From Octopus vulgaris (taxonomy: Eukaryota), in the NCBI GenBank assembly GCA_951406725.2, contig OX597820.1, positions 41,106,001-41,170,000 of the forward strand: a stretch of 64,000 bases of DNA, in the 5' to 3' direction. Below the pieces are notes generated by a model. It did no database searches and was not told the origin of the DNA. It worked only from the letters and a program-made list of their open reading frames with translations. The position numbers were made by a program, and so were the translations under genes. Numbering within the stretch: position 1 is the stretch's first letter; the number at the start of each line of letters is the position of its first letter. Of this stretch, positions 12,123 to 27,925 are shown piece by piece.

Positions 12123-12217
12123 TAATAATAACAATAACAATAATAATGATAATAATAATAATAATAAAAGTAATAATAATAATAATAATAATAATAAAAA
12201 TAATGATGACAATAATG

Positions 12218-12278
<61 letters not shown>

Positions 12279-12335
12279 TAATAATAATAATAATAATAAG
12301 GATGATGATGATGATGATAATGATGATGATAATAA
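11826..12335. repeat. (AAT)n compound microsatellite, about 500 bp
   Basis: Direct reading; source of the spurious poly-N/I/L ORFs. Confidence 0.95.
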
Positions 12336-12704
12336 AAAGTTAAAATTAAATTACATTTAAGCTGTTAAAAATAAAATTTGAAGAAACGTTGTTTAAATAT
12401 GTATTTATACAGTACTAGTTAGGTTACGGTGGTGGTGGTGGTTGTAGTGGTGGTGGTGGTGGGGATGTTGTTGGTAGTGGTGGTGTCGTCGTCGTTAATG
12501 TGTTTATGGTTCTGTTTTTGTTGTTGTTGTTTGCTTGCTTGCTCTTTTTTTGTCGTGAATGCACTTGTTAATTGATGATCGCGCAGATGATGATTATTAT
12601 AATAATGGTACTGGTGTTTGGTGGTGGTGGTGGTGGTGATGATAGTGATAATGACGAAGGTGGAAATGATCGTTATTCTATAGAAGGAGGAGAAAGAGGA
12701 GGAA

Positions 12705-12754
12705 GAAGATGATGATGATGTTGATGATGGTGATGGTGGTGGTGGTGGTGGCGG

Positions 12755-12836
<82 letters not shown>

Positions 12837-12903
12837 GGTGGTGGTGATGATGATGATGATGATGATGATGGCGAGGATAGTGATGATGGCGATGATAGTG
12901 ATG

Positions 12904-12935
<32 letters not shown>

Positions 12936-12969
12936 GATGGCGAGGATAGTGATGATGGCGATGATAGTG

Positions 12970-13001
<32 letters not shown>

Positions 13002-13052
13002 GATGATGATGCCGATGATAGTGATGATGGCGATGATAGTGATGATGATGAT
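12705..13052. repeat. (GAT/GGT)n microsatellite with a ~70-bp higher-order repeat
   Basis: GGCGAGGATAGTGATGATGGCGATGATAGT recurs at about 12870, 12939 and (variant) 13011. Confidence 0.9.
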
Positions 13053-13712
13053 GAGACTGGGTAGAGGGAAAGTCGATAGAAGAAATGCTGAAAGATAGAG
13101 AGGTTATTTTAAAGCGACAAGAAGTAAATCTGAGGAAAATGTGTACAGGAGTTGAAAGAGCAGCGTAATACAATGTGAAGATATACTGTAGGGAGTATCA
13201 GAGAACGAGTGACAAAAAGAAAGAAAAAAAGAAAGAAAGAAGAAAAGAAGGAAAGAAGGAAGGAAGGAAGGAGAAAGAGTAAAGAAACACAGAGATAACA
13301 AAGAAAACAGCGAGACATGCGTTGGGACCCCGAGAGCCTGGTTGAGAATTAAGAGAAAAAAATGTATTCGGAAAGAGAGAGAGAGAATGAAACAAAAAGA
13401 GGCAAAGCGGGGTAGAAGTAGAGAGGATGAGTAGTGAAACCAACCTAGAAGAGATTAAAGATAGAATTAAAAAAAAAAGGAACGAGGATCCATACATACA
13501 CAGATACAAGGATGCGAACATATATCCATACACATAGACATGTATCATATGTAAATATGATAAATATCATATGCATGCACGTATATATTATCATATATGT
13601 ATTTGCGTGTGTTGTGGTGTTTACGTCGTTAGTTTTTAGTCTTTCCTACTGAAGTTGCAACGACTGAAATTTTGAAGGAAGAACTAGTCGATTACATTGC
13701 TCAGACTGTAAA

Positions 13713-13741
13713 TATTGGGTTGTCCGGAAAGTTCGTGCCGA
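13713..13741. mobile_element. Isolated mariner-like terminal inverted repeat inside a SINE B relic
   Basis: TA-TTGGGTTGTCCGGAAAGTTCGTGCCGA resembles mariner TIRs; flanked by family B-like sequence (AGTCGATTACAT upstream, ACTTATTTTTAT..GAATGAAA downstream). Confidence 0.35.
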
Positions 13742-13877
13742 GTCACTTATTTTTATACATCAGAGATGAATGAAATATACACTCGTTATAATCCGCGAAA
13801 TTAATAGGGCATATCACAAGAATTATTTTCACACAGACATATAAAGACACATGGGTACATTTGAATATACTAATAAA

Positions 13878-13914
<37 letters not shown>

Positions 13915-13920
13915 GTATAT

Positions 13921-14022
13921 TTGTTTCAGTCATTTGACTGTGGCCATGCTGGAGCACCTCCTTTAGTCGAACAAATCGCTCCCAGTACTTACGTTATTTA
14001 TCGACACCGAAAGAGCTAAAGT
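13921..14022 (-). mobile_element. SINE A tail joined to SINE B core
   Basis: TTGTTTCAGTCATTTGACTGTGGCCATGCTGGAGCACC followed by TTATCGACACCGAAAG. Confidence 0.6.
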
Positions 14023-14240
14023 TCAGAGCAGCAAGATTTAAATCTGAGGCGCATATACGCGCGCACGCGCACACACATGCATACACGCACACATGCATAC
14101 ACACTCGTGCACACACGCACATACACACACTCCTATCTATATATAGGTGTGTGTATATATACATTTCCTGTGTGTATATATGTGCGTATTTTTATATATA
14201 TCTATATACATGTGTGTATATATATGCATATGTAAATGTA

Positions 14241-14289
<49 letters not shown>

Positions 14290-16379
14290 GTGTGTATGTG
14301 TGTGTGTGTGTATACATATATAAACATAAATTAGTGTATGTGTGTGTATGAGTTTGTGTGTGCATAAAAACAAAATAGCCATCACTGAAATCCTGAAATC
14401 ATTGAATCCGAGGACGAATGACCTATACATAAATATACATGAACCAAGCAAACACACATAAGTTATACAAGACTTATACACGCATGCATACACACACACA
14501 CACACACATACATACACACAGAACAACAATAATACATGCTCTCACACCGAAAATGTAGATAAACTCACGCACAAATCATCCATTTATGCAAACATAGATA
14601 CACGTATAGATACGCACAAATGTTGAACTCTTTCTTCACACACATGCCAAGTTATAGCATCATCAATAGATGATGACACACAGCAAAGTGCATTGATGCA
14701 TTAGTAGAAAGATCACTGCTGGTGCAACAACCGGAATATATTAACCTCGTGTCTTTCTTGGACTGTTATATCGCAGTCTGGTGAATATTGATCAAAGACA
14801 CATTTAGAAATACCTTACTTCACTTGATACGCTTTGGCTTCTCAAACCATTTGCTGGATGTTTGAAGCACTTCTGAATTGTCCAGTCAGACATACATGAC
14901 CAGAGTACGTTAGGAATATGAAGATATGATTTGGTGTCAATCAAAACTACATACAGACATGCATACAGAACATGAGTACAAGTGTGTGTGTATGTGCGCT
15001 CTGGGTGTGTGTTTGTGTGTGTATCTGAGTGTGTGCGTGTGTGTGTGCGTGCGTGCGTATGTGTGTGTGTGATTGTAAAGCCGTGAAATGGACTGCAGCT
15101 TATAATTCAATGTGTCAGTCTTGTTATATCAGTCTTTGTCTCTTGATGCTTCTGAGAGAGAATTACGTTAAAGTAACTATCTCTTAAGAGATACTCAGCA
15201 GCTTACCCTGTATTTCATGAGTAACTATTTCGGATAATAGAACAACTGAAATACTCATTGCTGGAAATTGCAGATTCGTTTAATTTTCTTTGTATATATG
15301 TTAGTATGTGTGAGTTTCAGTGTGTATATGTGATATGCATTATTCATCTAATGACAAATATGAGGAATGCGAACGCGACATTCTGAGGCTGTACAGTTAA
15401 ACCAGCGTTATCTCAACTGATTTGGGATTGTCTGCCAGTCTAATATTTATAGTGTTCATCTTCACATTAGTTTTGAGTTCGTAACGAAAACCTGGGTTTG
15501 TGTGGATCACTAATAAAGCACTAGCTCTTCCGTGTAGACTTGTGAAACTCTGAACGAGTCACCTGGTCTCTGGTTACCTTTAGCAGAGTCCACTTTGTTG
15601 TAAACACTCGAGTTAGAATTCTGCTTTAAGGATAATTTCTCTTTCTTATTACCCATCTCGTGGGCCCTGATAAAAAAACAAGACCTCTCACCTTTCTGCT
15701 CTGAATAGATCATGAAAATAGGTTTTAAAATTTTTTGGGAATTTGCATACCACAAAATTTGACTTTGCAAGGTTTCTATAGAAGGAGGTGTGAGAGAAAG
15801 TGAAAGGAAGCGCGTGTGAGTAAGAAAAAGAGAGGAAGACGGAAACAAATAAGAAACCTTGGTATTGTCCATATCACATTATCAGGCATCATTATGGCAT
15901 GCATTTGAAATGTTTTATTTTCTCTAACAGATTAGTTTAATTAGCTACCCTGAATTTTGCGGGTATTCGTCTTATTGACCACAGGAAGAAAGAGTTATGG
16001 CGGTATAAGTAAGACTGGAAGAGTCAAATATTATATCTGGTTTATTTAGACAGAATGCCAATTTTTGTAGGGAAGAAGCCGACCTTACTCATTTATGACT
16101 GGTACATATTATGTAAACCCACGGAAGAATGAAAATTAATCGATACAAACGGAATTAGAACATAGAGCCCATGAGAATGAAGCCAAATATTGCTATACAT
16201 TAAATTCGGCGTTATGCTATCTCAGCAATTTCCAACACAACTTGGAACAGCCTAGTTTTCAAGATTTGGAATATTCCACTGTCTACAATCACACATTTAC
16301 GTATGTGCATTTATGCTTTGGTGTATGTGTGCGTATGTGTACATATATCAATGCGTACATGTTATGGTTGTCTGTCTGT

Positions 16380-16433
<54 letters not shown>

Positions 16434-16535
16434 ATCAGATAAATAAAGAGAGAGACAAGGAAGGGAGAGAAATGTGGGAGACGAAGAGAGTGAAACATAC
16501 AAATATCCGGAGAGACAAACTTACTAAGAGATAGT

Positions 16536-16611
<76 letters not shown>

Positions 16612-16649
16612 GATAGATAGATAGATGATAGATAGATAGATATATATAT

Positions 16650-16730
<81 letters not shown>

Positions 16731-17643
16731 GGTGGGAGAGGAAATGAATGATTCAATGCATGCACTAATAGACTAATTCCTGTACACATTGAAGATGAAG
16801 TCTCAGAGCTGAGGCAAACAACTGACCTTATAAACTTGATCAAAATAAAAGTAAAGCTACTCTTCACAAGCTCGCAGAGCGCCATTCTCAGATAACCCTC
16901 CACACAACATCGATAATGGGAGAGAACAGAAACAATAAAGAAAAGAAAGAGGAGAGAGAGAGAGAGATAAAATGGAAGGAAGAGAGAGAAGGTAGAGTGT
17001 GAGGTAGGGATAGAGGAAGAAGAGAGAAGATTATCTCTTAGAATCTACATGTTAATCTCTTAGACAACACAAGGGACCGAATTTGATTGCACGGATAAAT
17101 GGATGATTAAATTAAAGGAATTACTTTGTCTCACTGTCTGACTAAGTTACTATATACACGGAAAAATTAATGTTGATTTAGATGAATGCGCGGTGATATA
17201 ACTCTTTAGATAAAGGCATGGTTTGTCTCTTTGAATGAGGGTGAAAATGGCTGACTATGTGGTAGTAAAAGCGGAGTCAGAGAAAACTAGTGATGTTCCT
17301 TGTAGGTAAAACATAACAGAAATGATTCTAATAGTGGAGTTAATTTTATACAGCGAGGAAGAAATAGCTACAGTAAATCATTCTCCTGAAATGATGAGCT
17401 TAGTATTCTCAAACGGATTCTTACTGGAGAAAAACAACATCCCTATGATATCTGTGGTAAATCATTATCACAACGCACACACCACACACAACACATACAC
17501 ACTCATATATATATATATACACACACATACATACATACATACATACATAAGTACATTTATATATATATATATATAATATACATAAACACACATACATATC
17601 TATATATGTATATATATATATCATATATACGTATATATATATA

Positions 17644-17690
<47 letters not shown>

Positions 17691-18570
17691 CATATATACA
17701 TACACACATACATACACGCACACACACACATAAATTGGACGCAAGTGTATATATTTATATACTTACCCAGAGTGCAACGAGTGTTTTACACAAAGAAAAT
17801 GTCCCACTTTACTTTAAGCATCTATACACATGCATATGTGCATATGTACGTATACACACACGCGCACACACACGTTAAAGACAGACATACACATACAGAC
17901 ATATATATTCATATATATGCATATTGTCATACAAACTTGCTTGCATGTGTACGCTCTTCAGAGGAAATACAGAATGTTGCACATCTATTTCAGTGTTTTA
18001 AAATACACGAGGTTAGAAGAAGCATATTTCCGCAACAAGTGTGCCAATTTTTTTTGTACATGCGCAATGGAAATATCCAAAACCACCGAACTCTATATGT
18101 AGATTGTCATAGCATTAACGCCAATTCATACCGACGCACAAATGCTCACTCACAAAAACCACTTACGTATGCACAGACACACACACAAAAAAAAATTCAC
18201 TCGCAGATATATATATATATATGCAAGTATATGTATATATATATATGCATGTATGTATGTTTGTAAAATACTCGCTAGTGTCTGTGAAATAGCCAACAGA
18301 AATGTTCTTTCCATAAAGTTACTCACAAAATTTAGATAACAAATTAGGATGTCACCAGATGGCATAAAGTTCTTTACGTTTTTTTTTTTTTCATGCTATA
18401 TATTACACATTTAAATAAAAAGAAACAATGTTTTGTGTTTTTTTTTATATATATTTTCACTTATGGTTTCATAGAAAAAGGGACAGAAATATACTTCAAA
18501 CATACATAATTGTAGTTTGCACATATACATTCACATTCGCACACACACAGGCACACACACACACACACAG

Positions 18571-18604
<34 letters not shown>

Positions 18605-19056
18605 ACACATACATGTGTTGTGAAACTTCTGGTGATAAAAGCAGTAATTTTATCGATTACTCTCGAACGTGGGGGGTGCAGAATACACTGACAACTATGA
18701 GAATTTATAAATAGCTAAGCAAAAACACGCAAATACATGGATATGTATATATGCCTGATTCAGTGTATGTGTATACATGTATGTGTTTATGTATATATAT
18801 ATATATACATTTGTATATATATGTATGTATACGCATATGTATATATAATGTCTGCATATAAAATATATATATATATATATACGTATACGTTATATATGCG
18901 TATATATATATATATATATACGTCTGTATATATGTATGTATACGCATATATTTATGTATATACAATCTCTGTGTATATATATATATATGCATGTATGTAT
19001 GTATACATTTATCTATTTATCTATCTTTCTTTATCTTTGTGTGTGTGTGTGTGTTT

Positions 19057-19132
<76 letters not shown>

Positions 19133-19777
19133 ATACAAACTTTTATATAATTATGCGTATGCAATTGTGTGTGTAAACACATCTCTATATGCGTATAGAT
19201 ACAAATACCCACAATGAGACATAACCATCAACACACTGTTGCAACTAACCAAGGACAGCAAACTATGTATCATCTTGTTGAAATCTTATATATCGGTTTA
19301 AAAACTAAGTAATAAAATATACATATGATTACAAATATATCGCAAGATCATTCCCATATGGCATGACGCAGCTGTTTCGAATCATACGAACACCGTTCTC
19401 CACAGAGAAGCAAATCTATATTAAGCACTCAAGCAACAAGGGGTATTTATTCGGTAGCTGACAGATGTCGTTTAATCTTCGTCCAGAAAGATTTGTTGGA
19501 TCGGCTCATCTCACATATACTGATAACTACCTGTACACGGAGATCTATGTTTAGCGTGTGCATGTACACTTACATACTAACAATTGTATTATATGCACAG
19601 ACATACGCACACAAAAACATATACATATATCTGTACACACACTTACACACACAAACACATACACACACATATATTATATTTCGATATGTGCCATAGAGAA
19701 TGCTTTCTTGAAACTGAACCTGGGGGTCTCTCCCGCGTCTCGAGTTTCACGTTACTGCAATCTTCAGACATGTATTG

Positions 19778-19866
<89 letters not shown>

Positions 19867-19870
19867 TTGC

Positions 19871-19934
<64 letters not shown>

Positions 19935-19984
19935 ATATCTGCCTGCCTGCCTGCCTGCCTGTCTGTCTGTCTCTCTATCAATCA

Positions 19985-20060
<76 letters not shown>

Positions 20061-21364
20061 GTCTGTCTGTCTATATATATATGTCTCTTTATATATATAT
20101 ATATATATATGGAGTACGTTTGTTGTTGATCTTACCATCACGGAACAGTATATTATATACACACATCCGCACAAAAATACACACACACTCACTCACATAC
20201 CACACACATTCATGCATGAACCCATACATGCTACTTGCATACATATATATATAGTATTAGGAAAATATGTAGGAATGGCGGAAAGAATGTTCACAGACAC
20301 TAATGCAAGCATGTTGTCTTCTAGTAACTAAGAAATGAGCAACTATTTAACTTCATCATCTTCAAGCTATAAGTAGATGCGAAAAGGCAAGCAAAACAAA
20401 CCCTACACCTATGGTTCCAAGGTTTCCGGCATTTGTGTGACACATTTTTCATTTTAAATATGCTGTATGCAAAGCGTTGAAAGTCAAACTCGCTGAAGGC
20501 ACGATTTGAACTAAAAATTAGCCATCTTGCAATTTTTACGAAGGCTCATTACTTCCGTAATGCAATTGTGAATCACTGATACAGCAATCTGAAAATTCAT
20601 CAGTCCCCTGTCCCATAAAGTTATCAATTTGATCCCTAGATTTCATTTGATTACCCTATATCACCTTGAACTAAACTATCCATAAGCATCTCCCATGATT
20701 TTGTTCCATCATGAGCACGGTATTATTATTTTAAGAGTATGAGCCAACGAATGAAACTCTATGAAATCGTTCTGCCTGCTAGAAATAGTGACTAAATTTC
20801 TTTTCAATGACACTTCGCTTAAAACAAATGGAAGGGGCAGTGAAACGTAAGCATTTTCAATATGACCGTAAAAATAGAAAGGATGTGAAGGTTACAACTG
20901 AAACATCCCCAACCGTATGATCTGCTCATTGAAACCTAAACTGGGGGGGGGGGAATAAACTGAAAGACCAAAATAAAGAGTTGGGGATTACATCAGAATA
21001 CCTCTGACAAACGGAATCCAATGTTAGTATTTGTATTTCCTTTAAGATCCGTTTTTACTTTATTTTACAGCTGATTTACCGAAAGCTATGGAAAGTGAAA
21101 ACTAAAATTTTCTAAATCTCCCTATTAATTTTAATATTGTAAAAGAAAATTGAAAACTCATCGCTCTAGTTTTGTTTTCAAGCTTCTCCACTGGATATAT
21201 TTGTGTATCTATCCTTAAGTTAGAAATAACAAATCTTCGTCTACTTTTCATGCTGTTAACATTGCTTAATCTCAAATCTACCTTGATGGCGCAGACCTGT
21301 GTAAAAAAATGTTCTAGCCTTGACACAGTCCTCTTTTCCTTGTTTTTTCTTCTTCAGATGGTTA

Positions 21365-21432
21365 GATGCAATTTGAGGGAGATTTGACTCTTATTTCTAG
21401 TATTTTCGTACGACCACTCAGAGTCTCCCTCG
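21365..21432 (+). repeat. Old dispersed repeat D (representative copy)
   Basis: Motif TTTGAGGGAGATTTG.CTG.TATTTCTAG with diverged copies near 3683, 8808, 20775(-), 25865(-), 45990, 46220, 46910. Confidence 0.5.
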
Positions 21433-21795
21433 CTGACGCGTACAAATGTTTGTTATTAATTGAAACAACTGTTTGATGTTCTATCCATTGTCTGCAGTTA
21501 ATCAGCTCCTATTTTCAGGTTCACGCTTTTCTCTAGAACATTAAACGTGTATATGAAGTGAAAGAGTTTATAAAGATGAAATGGAATTAGACTACAGACC
21601 GTTCAATACCACCTCACCTACATCTCTCTTCAGTTAACTTAGACTACACACCATTCAACAGCAGTTCACCTTATACTCTCACAACTTGAAATTGTACAGG
21701 GAAATGTTGATGCCATACAACATAAACACACACATTCGCACATACACACAACTACACTCATACAAACACAGAGAAAGTGAGAAAGGGGAAGAGAA

Positions 21796-21839
<44 letters not shown>

Positions 21840-22117
21840 CGTTTTCTAAGGTTGTATGATACCCTCGGGTTGACAAAAATCAAGACTGGAACCTTTTATA
21901 TTTCTTCCATCGCTTATTTTCTTCTTTTATCCAAAAAATATCTGAAAAGACATCTAACCAGAAAATAGCTGCCAGTTTGTGTCATTCTCAGCTTACACCG
22001 AGAGACAGTGTCACAACAAGAGTATTCAACATAAAATTTTGGCAGTGAAAAAAAAAAGAATTATGGCAAGACCTTACTTTGTCAAAACTTCCCAGAGGAG
22101 AAAAATCTTTAAAAAAT

Positions 22118-22166
<49 letters not shown>

Positions 22167-22757
22167 TAATAATGAATGAGAAAAAAATAAAAGCAGAAAG
22201 AAAAAAGATTGGATGAGAAAGAATTTATAAATGTATCATTGTTAGCTTGATATCAAAAGCTTTCGATTTTGAAGTTCTGGAGATGATGATTATGATGATT
22301 ATGATGGTGATTGGAGTAGAGGTTGTGGTGGCGGTGGTAGTAGTGATAATGATAATAGCAGAAGACAAGGGAAAATTTGGACTGGAGGTTGGCCAAAACG
22401 GTACAGCCTTGGATCTAATTGTCTGGTTTGGAAATCTCAAGTGAAATGATAACAACACAGTTTGGAGACATGACAAAAGAAAAGAAAGCTGACTGCGTCA
22501 CTTCCTCTTTTTTTTTTCTTTATTCTTCCTTCCCCTGATTTTCTTTCTTTCTTTCTTTTTGTGTATGTGCGCACGCGTATGTGTGTGAGCGCGCGAAACC
22601 GTATAGATAAATGAGCATGAGACAAGGTGATTGAAGACTGTATTATGTCTTCAGGTGTGCAAGGCTTGCAAGTTAGGCTACCTGGGAATTAGATGGCTGA
22701 CAAATGCGAACGCACATATGTGCATGCGTGCGTATGTGTGTGTGGAGTGTGCGCGTT

Positions 22758-22853
<96 letters not shown>

Positions 22854-22994
22854 TGAGTGGACAGAACGCGGGAGGAAAGAGTGAGAGGGAAGAGAATGAA
22901 ATATAAAACTATATAAAAAGAAATTTCCATGTGTCATAGAAAGACTAAAACCTAGAAAAAAACCCCCGAATAAATGAAGACACACTGATTCTAC

Positions 22995-23032
<38 letters not shown>

Positions 23033-23185
23033 TGCGTGTGTATGTGTGTGTGTACGCGCGCGCGCGCGCGTGTGTGTGTGTGTGTACGCGCGTGTGTGTA
23101 TGTGTGTGTGTAAAGATGCATATATATATATATAATATATATACAAACTCTCACATATATATACATATATGTACATGTATACATA

Positions 23186-23447
23186 TACATAAATATACAT
23201 ATATACACATATATATATATATACATGGATGTGTACGTATATATATATATGTGGTGTGTATATGATTCTATGCATGCATGTATGTATGTGTAACTAGAAA
23301 CTTCCATATGGACACGTACATAAATATACATATATACACATATATATATATACATGGATGTGTACGTATATATATATGTGGTGTGTGTATGATTCTATGC
23401 ATGCATGTATGTATGTGCAACTAGAAACTTCCATATGGACACGTACA
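23186..23447. repeat. Recent tandem duplication, about 130 bp x2
   Basis: CATGGATGTGTACG..GATTCTATGCATGC..AACTAGAAACTTCCATATGGACACGTACA occurs twice head-to-tail. Confidence 0.9.
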
Positions 23448-23891
23448 AGCACGCGTATGTAAAAATGTATACATATATGCAGAAATGAGAGCAGATTGTT
23501 GACATTGAGAGCGAATGCATGAGCCTGAAGAAAAAACTTTAGTTTGGCAAAGAGAAAGTATTAGAGGGAGAGACTGGATGAGCGAATGAACAATTGAGTG
23601 AGATGGGGAGTGGAGGAGAATGTTAGGGAGAAAAATTGGCGAAAGAATAATAATGTAAAGGGGAAAAAAAAAAAAAAAGAAAACGGAAAACAGAAATAAG
23701 AAAAAATAGTATAGCAAAGTAAAGAGAAGAAAAATACGGTCAACAATCCCTTTGTAAAAAAAAAATGTGGTAATAATAATAATAATAATAATAATAAAGA
23801 TATAAGAAATGATGCAAATGGGAACATAAGGTAGAAGGAAAGGAAAGGAAAAGGAAATAGAAATAACGACAGATAAGACACAAGTGAAATA

Positions 23892-23932
<41 letters not shown>

Positions 23933-24648
23933 GGGGAGAGGGAGAGAGATAAAGCTAAGCTGCAAATGCTACAATCAATAACTGAAAATTTGCTGTCAAG
24001 TCCAAGGGAAAGTTGGCGAACCAGCTGAGCTGTTAAACAAACCGGTCGTGTCGGCAGAAGATAAGTGTCGACGTATAGCTTGGTAAGGTCAGAGTGAGAG
24101 AAAGAGATAGGAAGAGAAAGAAGACAGAGAAGCAAATAGAAAGAGAGAGAGTATATGGGAAACAAAGACTGAGTAGAGAGAGAAAGAGAGAGAAGAACAG
24201 AAAGAAAGTATATTGAGATGTAACATAAGAGAGCTTCGAAGAAACCTGGAGAGGGTGAGACACAGAGAGAAATACAGATGTAGAGAGTGTTTTGTGGAAA
24301 GGAAGAGAGATAGAGAGGGAGAGAGAGAGAGAAAGAGAGAGAGAGTGAGAGAGAGGTTAAAAGTGGATAATTGTTGTTTGTCAGTTCACATCGACTTACA
24401 TGAAGATATTGATTTATTTTGACTGAGTAAAACATCAGCCTTTTATCAGAGACATAATCAATTAAATCTAAACCACAATATATTACTGGTAGGAATTTTG
24501 GAACCTTTTTTTAATTAAATGATTCAAGGACAATTTGAACAATAAATAGTATTGAAGAGTAAAACACTTGCCTTTCTCCATTTTCTTTATTCCTAAGGGG
24601 TATGGTTGCATCCAATGTTAATTTTTCGCTAACTAGTAGGGTAAAAAT

Positions 24649-24907
24649 GTAAAGACCCCCTTCAGTCATGAATGACCATGAAATTGCATCTAGAAAGTGA
24701 ACCCTCCGAGGTGCAAGTCCGGAAATCCAGCCTCCCGTCTCCACACTACTGTTGTTATCCAAGGAGAAGGCAAATATCAATACAACTTCGCACCATCGAT
24801 GTTGCAACTCATTTCAACAGTTGAGTGAACTGGAGCAACGTGAAATAAAGTGTCTTGCTCAGGAATACAACACAACTACATGATGCTCTAACCACTGAGC
24901 CATGTGC
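24649..24907 (-). mobile_element. SINE family C with internal deletions
   Basis: Reverse complement of the head (GGCTCAGTGGTTAGAGC), core (GAGCAAGACACTTTATTTCACGTTG) and tail (GGTCATTCATGACTGAAG) seen at 31785-32120. Confidence 0.75.
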
Positions 24908-25304
24908 GGATTAAGTAATTGAATGTTCACCACTGTATTACTACTAATTGTATCATTCCTATGATAGGTAAAATCATTAGCACATTGATCTGAAGTTATA
25001 TGATGAAAAGATCATCTGTGTAAATTTAATACCTTCGCAGAAGGCTAACATTTATTTTGCTATCAAAGTACGAGTCTATTTGTTATCGAGTTTATTTATG
25101 GTCAAGTCTATTTGGGGTCGAGTCAGTGTGATATCTCCCATTATTTTGTAAAGAAAGTTAAGTGACGTAAGCGGAATATCATTTTCAACTGATAAATATA
25201 TTGAAATCACGTCTCGGTCTCGGCTTTTTAAATAAAAAACGGAATTGAAATCAGAGGTGTAATCAAAGCATGAATCTTGAGTGTGCATAATTCGTATCTA
25301 CTCA

Positions 25305-25780
25305 ACAAGCGTAGCTGTGCAGTAAGAATCTTGGTTCCCAAGCCCATGGTTCTAAATTCAGCCCCACTGCGTGGTACTTTGAGCATGGGTCCTCTGCTAT
25401 AACCACAGGCAGACCAAAGCATTGTGAGTGGATGTAGCAGAGGGAAACTAAAGAAGTCCATCGTATACACGCGCACACAGGCACACACATGTATATGTGT
25501 GTGTTTGTATACGTGTCTGTATCTATGTGTGTGTGTGTGTATTTGACTATATGTATGTGTAGCTCTGTGTGTATTTTTTGTGTCAGTGTTTGTCTCCCAG
25601 ATACTCTTGAAAACCAGTGTTTGTTTACGTTTCCGCTAACTTAGCGGTTCGGCAAAAACATTACTGATAAAATAAGTACTCAGCTTATAAAACATAAGTA
25701 CTGGAATCGCCTAATTCGACTGACACTTTCAAGTCGATGCTCAAGCATGGCAACAGTCTTATGACTGAAACGAGTATAAA
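25305..25780 (+). mobile_element. SINE family A, diverged full length
   Basis: CCACTGCGTGGTACTTTGAGCA core; TTAGCGGTTCGGCAAAA; AGCATGGCAACAGTCTTATGACTGAAAC tail. Confidence 0.8.
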
Positions 25781-26695
25781 ATATTTTTTTAAAAAAAGAG
25801 AAAAAATAAAAGAGCCACTGAGAAATGAAGGAAGACGGTCACTACTCGGTTGATTGACTGATTAGGATTAACAGTCAAATCTCCCTAAACTCCTTAAAAT
25901 CACACTCTGTGGTCTTTTTAAAGGAAGGATATATTGGGCCACATAGTTCTAGATTTACTATGTATGAATAAAGGGAAGAAAAACAATAAAAAGTTAAACA
26001 AGGACGTGATAATCATATTATGAACACCTTTTATCATAGATCTGTCCATCTATGTATGGGCAAAATCTATGAATGGGCAAAATAAAAACAAAAGCAAAAA
26101 GACAGAAACAACAGCTCAACACAGTGCAAGATTTAGCCCAGCTCATTCAAAATATGAATGGATGTTGAGCACGAATAAGAAGTCAATATCTACAAACTCG
26201 ATCTCAAGAATGCATACACCGCTTCAGATTCGGAATTTGAACAAATGAACCTGACCTTAAAACCTTGTAGAGACAGTATGGTATACGTTATACGTCCAAC
26301 GTGTGTGAGGAGTAGGCAAAAAAAGGAGAAAACCGGAGTGTGGTAGGAGAAAAGAGATAGAGAGACGGTTAAGCATACTAAAAGAAGAACAAATAAGTGA
26401 AGTGGAGTACTTGAGAGATATTTTCTGAAGATTTTACATATATAGAGAGGTGCATGCAACAGAGAGAGGAGGAGAGAAAGAAAGAGAGACAGACAGAAAG
26501 GTAGTATTAGACTGAGGAAGAGAAACGGAGAAAGAGAGAGACGATGTATCAAATGATTGGTTTATTAAGACATCATAGATGTGAGTGCGTGTGTATGAGT
26601 GCGTGTATTTGTGTGTATGTATATTTGTATGCGTGTATGTGTGTGTGTGTGTTTATAGATGTGGAGCTCGAATGTGAAAAAAGACAAGAAGTTTA

Positions 26696-26762
<67 letters not shown>

Positions 26763-27030
26763 GCACACACACACACACACATATATATGTGTGCATACAC
26801 ATACACACTCACACACATATAGTTAGATGCACTCATTGAGCAAATAGGTGTGTAGGCAGAAAGAGTGAAAAAGAGATAGAGGGCGGGAGGGGGGAGAAGG
26901 GAAAAGGGAGAGAAAGAATTCCAAGAAAGTTTCAGATGATCAGTTGATTCACATACGCATACATAAACACACCTATTCATACACACATATATAAAGTGAT
27001 TATATACATACACATATATATATACGAATG

Positions 27031-27118
<88 letters not shown>

Positions 27119-27684
27119 GAAGTGTGCGTATGTATGTGTAGACATATGTGAAAGAGAGAGAGAGAGAGAAAAGGAGAGGAAGGAGAGAAAGGAGAGAGCA
27201 GGGTTAGAGAGACAGAGTGATGGAGATTAAAGCAATGAATGTACTTCCAGAACACTGGGAAGATATCTCCAACTTGTCAGATTACTCGATGTCACTTCCA
27301 ACACTCATCTAATACCACCCACCAACCTACCCCCTCCACCACAACCTTACACCCATGCCAGTCTCTTTTGTTCACAAAGAGATTTAAGCTGATCGGGTAA
27401 CGGGAGAGAAATAGTTGCTTTTATTTATTTATGTTTTTATTTATTTATTTATTTGTTTGGCTATTTATTTATTTATTTGTTTTAGATAGAGAAAAAGAAT
27501 GGAAGGAAGAAGAAAGACTAAAGGATGGATGAATGAATGAGTGAGTGAGTGAGTGAGTGAATGAATGAATGAATGAACAAGAGGTATTTGTGTGGAAAAT
27601 GAAAATGAAAGAGAAAGATATTGATAGCTAGAGGGAATGAAGTGGTTGAATGAAGGGAAGAAACAAATAAAGGTAAAGAAAGAA

Positions 27685-27769
<85 letters not shown>

Positions 27770-27770
27770 C

Positions 27771-27833
<63 letters not shown>

Positions 27834-27842
27834 CACATAGAC

Positions 27843-27925
<83 letters not shown>

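Noticed and set aside
11812-12360. Poly-Asn/Ile/Leu ORFs
   Set aside because: (AAT)n tract lacking stops in those frames
12673-13173. Poly-His ORF (166 aa, minus strand)
   Set aside because: Translation of a (CAT/CAC)n microsatellite; no splice or homology support
16770-16895. Protein-like stretch LIPVHIEDEVSELRQTTDLINLIK
   Set aside because: No polypyrimidine acceptor, no start codon and no recognisable homology
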